The notes beneath the pieces were generated by a model that was not told where the DNA came from, made no database searches, and saw nothing but the letters and a program-made list of their open reading frames with translations. The translations under genes and the position numbers were made by a program. A DNA stretch of 64,000 nucleotides from Eledone cirrhosa (Eukaryota): the NCBI GenBank assembly GCA_964016885.1, contig OZ024742.1, forward strand, positions 18,166,001 to 18,230,000, in the 5' to 3' direction. The first letter of the stretch is position 1; the number at the start of each line of letters is the position of its first letter. Positions 59,641-64,000 of the stretch are shown here, one piece after another.

Positions 59641-62600
59641 CTGCACTTCTTTACGGCTTACTACCCTGTCTTTAACCTAATTCATTCAATCTGAAAATAT
59701 TGAAGAGATAAGACACTTTCCCATTCTTCTCTGCTAAAATGTACCACTAGAGCTGATTCCAATTTTCCCAGCCAGCCATCCATCTAATCTACGAAGGTAT
59801 TTTAGCCTACATATTGTCGTTAATATTATGATGTTCCCTGCTGTATTAGCGTTAAATTTTCCCTGCTGTATTAGCGATAAATTTTCGAGGGTTTCTCTTA
59901 GTAGCTTTTTTCATGACGTTATTATTGTTAATTTTACTGATGTAGTATTAACTTGGATATTTACCATGCGGTATTCTAATCCTATTGTATCTCTCTCAGT
60001 TATTTACCATGCGGCCCTCAGTTCCTACCCCCCCCCCCTCTCTATGCACTTCTTTAAGGCTTACTACCCTGTCTTTAACCTAATTCATTCAATCTGAAAA
60101 TATTGAAGAGATAAGACACTTTCCCATTCTTCTCTGCTAAAATGTACCACTAGAGCTGATTCCAATTTTCCCAGCCAGCCATCCATCTAATCTACGAAGG
60201 TATTTTAGCCTACATATTGTCGTTAATATTATGATGTTCCCTGCTGTATTAGCGTTAAATTTTCCCTGCTGTATTAGCGATAAATTTTCGAGGGTTTCTC
60301 TTAGTAGCTTTTTTCATGACGTTATTATTGTTAATTTTACTGATGTAGTATTAACTTGGATATTTACCATGCGGTATTCTAATCCTATTGTATCTCTCTC
60401 AGTTATTTACCATGTGGCCCTCGGTTCCTACCCCCCCCTCTCTATGCACTTCTTTAAGGCTTACTACCCTGTCTTTAACCTAATTCATTCAATCTGAAAA
60501 TATTGAAGAGATAAGACACTTTCCCATTCTTCTCTGCTAAAATGTACCACTAGAGCTGATTCCAGTTTTCCCAGCCAGCCATCCATCTAATCTACGAAGG
60601 TATTTTAGCCTACATATTGTCGTTAATATTATGATGTTCCCTGCTGTATTAGCGTTAAATTTTCCCTGCTGTATTAGCGATAAATTTTCGAGGGTTTCTC
60701 TTAGTAGCTTTTTTCATGACGTTATTATTGTTAATTTTACTGATGTAGTATTAACTTGGATATTTACCATGCGGTATTCTAATCCTATTGTATCTCTCTC
60801 AGTTATTTACCATGCGGCCCTCAGTTCCTACCCCCCCCCCTCTCTCTATGCACTTCTTTAAGGCTTACTACCCTGTCTTTAACCTAATTCATTCAATCTG
60901 AAAATATTGAAGAGATAGGACACTTTCCCATTCTTCTCTGCTAAAATGTACCACTAGAGCTGATTCCAATTTTCCCAGCCATCCATCTAATCTACGAAGG
61001 TATTTTAGCCTACATATTGTCGTTAATATTATGATGTTCCCTGCTGTATTAGCGTTAAATTTTCCCTGCTGTATTAGCGATAAATTTTCGAGGGTTTCTC
61101 TTAGTAGCTTTTTTCATGACGTTATTATTGTTAATTTTACTGATGTAGTATTAACTTGGATATTTACCATGCGGTATTCTAATCCTATTGTATCTCTCTC
61201 AGTTATTTACCATGCGGCCCTCAGTTCCTACCCCCCCCTCTCTATGCACTTCTTTACGGCTTACTACCCTGTCTTTAACCTAATTCATTCAATCTGAAAA
61301 TATTGAAGAGATAAGACACTTTCCCATTCTTCTCTGCTAAAATGTACCACTAGAGCTGATTCCAATTTTCCCAGCCAGCCATCCATCTAATCTACGAAGG
61401 TATTTTAGCCTACATATTGTCGTTAATATTATGATGTTCCCTGCTGTATTAGCGTTAAATTTTCCTTGCTGTATTAGCGATAAATTTTCGAGGGTTTCTC
61501 TTAGTAGCTTTTTTCATGACGTTATTATTGTTAATTTTACTGATGTAGTATTAACTTGGATATTTACCATGCGGTATTCTAATCCTATTGTATCTCTCTC
61601 AGTTATTTACCATGCGACCCTCAGTTCCTACCCCCCCTCTCTATGCACTTCTTTAAGGCTTACTACCCTGTCTTTAACCTAATTCATTCAATCTGAAAAT
61701 ATTGAAGAGATAAGACACTTTCCCATTCTTCTCTGCTAAAATGTACCACTAGAGCTGATTCCAATTTTCCCAGCCAGCCATCCATCTAATCTACGAAGGT
61801 ATTTTAGCCTACATATTGTCGTTAATATTATGATGTTCCCTGCTGTATTAGCGTTAAATTTTCCCTGCTGTATTAGCGATAAATTTTCGAGGGTTTCTCT
61901 TAGTAGCTTTTTTCATGACGTTATTATTGTTAATTTTACTGATGTAGTATTAACTTGGATATTTACCATGCGGTATTCTAATCCTATTGTATCTCTCTCA
62001 GTTATTTACCATGCGGCCCTCAGTTCCTACCCCCCCTCTCTATGCACTTATTTACGGCTTACTACCCTGTCTTTAACCTAATTCATTCAATCTGAAAATA
62101 TTGAAGAGATAAGACACTTTCCCATTCTTCTCTGCTAAAATGTACCACTAGAGCTGATTCCAATTTTCCCAGCCAGCCATCCATCTAATCTACGAAGGTA
62201 TTTTAGCCTACATATTGTCGTTAATATTATGATGTTCCCTGCTGTATTAGCGTTAAATTTTCCCTGCTGTATTAGCGATAAATTTTCGAGGGTTTCTCTT
62301 AGTAGCTTTTTTCATGACGTTATTATTGTTAATTTTACTGATGTAGTATTAACTTGGATATTTACCATGCGGTATTCTAATCCTATTGTATCTCTCTCAG
62401 TTATTTACCATGCGGCCCTCAGTTCCTACCCCCCCCCTCTCTATGCACTTCTTTAAGGCTTACTACCCTGTCTTTAACCTAATTCATTCAATCTGAAAAT
62501 ATTGAAGAGATAAGACACTTTCCCATTCTTCTCTGCTAAAATGTACCACTAGAGCTGATTCCAATTTTCCCAGCCAGCCATCCATCTAATCTACGAAGGT

Positions 62601-62790
62601 ATTTTAGCCTACATATTGTCGTTAATATTATGATGTTCCCTGCTGTATTAGCGTTAAATTTTCCCTGCTGTATTAGCGATAAATTTTCGAGGGTTTCTCT
62701 TAGTAGCTTTTTTCATGACGTTATTATTGTTAATTTTACTGATGTAGTATTAACTTGGATATTTACCATGCGACCCTCAGTTCCTACCTC
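59641..62790. repeat. ~400-bp tandem array, ~8 near-identical copies
   Basis: The same spurious ORF starts at 59828, 60231, 60631, 61031, 61431, 61830, 62229 and 62630. Confidence 0.97.
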
Positions 62791-63030
62791 ACAATTTCCC
62801 TCCCCCCACCCCCACACACCACCATAGTCTATTCGACCAATCAAACCTAGCATGCCATTTCCACTGCTGCTGCTGCTACTACCTGCCTAACTAACTCTCT
62901 CCTCCTCTGGCGCATCCCAACACACCCTGCCATTACCCCACCACCACTGTCCTTCTAGCCCTCAATTTTCCCACCGTTATGGATGGATGAGCTGGGAATA
63001 CACGAGCAACTCTGAATCAATAGATGAAAT

Positions 63031-64000
63031 ATGAATCTGCGAGCTACCAAGCACCCACGTGAAGCGCCAACCCAGAGACCCTCCCCTACGAGTGTCGACA
63101 AATGCCCAAAACTCCGAGTTGGTACCATCAATGTAGGCTCAATGAAAGGAAGAGCAGGAGAAATCGTAGAAATGCTAGAGCGAAAGGAAGTTGATGTATG
63201 CTGTGTGCAAGAGACTAGATGGAGAGGAGGGTCTGCTAGAGTCCTTGTAGGAAAAAGCCAGTGCTACAAATTTTTCTGGGTGGGAAATGACGATGGGATG
63301 GGTGGTGTAGGTATACTATTAGCTGACAAGTGGGTAGATAAAGTAATCTCAGTGTACAGGGTAAATGCAAGAATCATTAAACTCAGACTAGTCCTGAATA
63401 AGACAATTACCACAATAATATCAGCTTACGCACCCCAATCGGGGCTGCCAGACGAACTTAAGGATAGGTTTTACGAGTCCCTAATACACACTACTGCTCT
63501 AACAGACGACAAGGACTTCCTAATCATTGCAGGAGATTTTAACGGACACGTAGGTAAACACTGCGACGGCTTCAATAGAGTACATGGAGGCCATGGAGTT
63601 GGCACAAGGAATGAGGAAGGATTCAGACTTCTAGAATTCTGCGACGCCAATGACATGTCGATATGTAACACAAACTTTAAAAAACCCGACAACCACCTGA
63701 TCACCTATAGATCAGGGGAGCACTCTAGTCAGTTAGATTTTATCCTCATCAGAGGACGTGACAGATGGACGGTCGTAAACACAAAAGCCTTCCCTAGTGA
63801 GGAATGTACATCCCAACATAGCTTAGTTGTCAGCGACCTCACGGTCAGAACTAGACGAGCCCTGAAACAGAGGCCAACCTGGAGAAGAAAGATCTGGAAG
63901 CTGAAAGTCCCCTCAACCAGTAACAGATTTAAAGATATTCTACTCAACGCCTATGACAGTAAAGAAGAACAGATAGAGACATTCAATGTAGAAGAGCACT
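63031..64000 (+). CDS. RTE LINE ORF, APE endonuclease domain (open to the window end)
   Basis: Manual translation from ATG 63031: LRVGTINVGSM, CCVQETRW, ISAYAPQ, IAGDFNGHVG, SQLDFIL, SQHSLV, with no stops. Absent from the ORF track because it has no stop in the window. Confidence 0.92.
   Translation, partial: MNLRATKHPREAPTQRPSPTSVDKCPKLRVGTINVGSMKGRAGEIVEMLERKEVDVCCVQETRWRGGSARVLVGKSQCYKFFWVGNDDGMGGVGILLADKWVDKVISVYRVNARIIKLRLVLNKTITTIISAYAPQSGLPDELKDRFYESLIHTTALTDDKDFLIIAGDFNGHVGKHCDGFNRVHGGHGVGTRNEEGFRLLEFCDANDMSICNTNFKKPDNHLITYRSGEHSSQLDFILIRGRDRWTVVNTKAFPSEECTSQHSLVVSDLTVRTRRALKQRPTWRRKIWKLKVPSTSNRFKDILLNAYDSKEEQIETFNVEEH

Noticed and set aside
59828-62827. Eight repeated hydrophobic ORFs (MMFPAVLALNF...)
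   Set aside because: By-product of the 400-bp array. C-termini change with poly-C length and there is no recognisable domain.

Overview
AT-rich, repeat-dense animal genomic DNA. The tandem single-coding-exon C2H2 zinc-finger genes, tRNA-headed SINEs and RTE LINEs suggest an octopus or other coleoid cephalopod (inference). Host genes: a cluster of five C2H2-ZNF genes (three + strand paralogues at 17.0, 24.1 and 39.0 kb, and a divergent pair at 41.4-42.3 kb (-) and 44.7-46.2 kb (+)), plus the last four exons of a minus-strand neprilysin/M13-family gene (48.5-55.7 kb) that lacks some catalytic residues. Mobile DNA includes an intact Merlin (IS1016/ISXO2-like) transposase, several MITEs, two non-autonomous Helitrons, CRE-like, CR1-like and RTE LINEs, and many SINEs. 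There are several satellites and a degenerate tRNA-Thr. The most unusual observation is that the Merlin inverted repeats carry a perfect match to the replication-dependent histone 3' stem-loop just downstream of the intronless transposase. Also notable: a fold-back SINE insertion, a 61-bp satellite derived from a LINE hairpin, putative ZNF first exons inside inverted repeats, and a PHD finger inside an RTE ORF. Boundaries of degenerate repeats are approximate.
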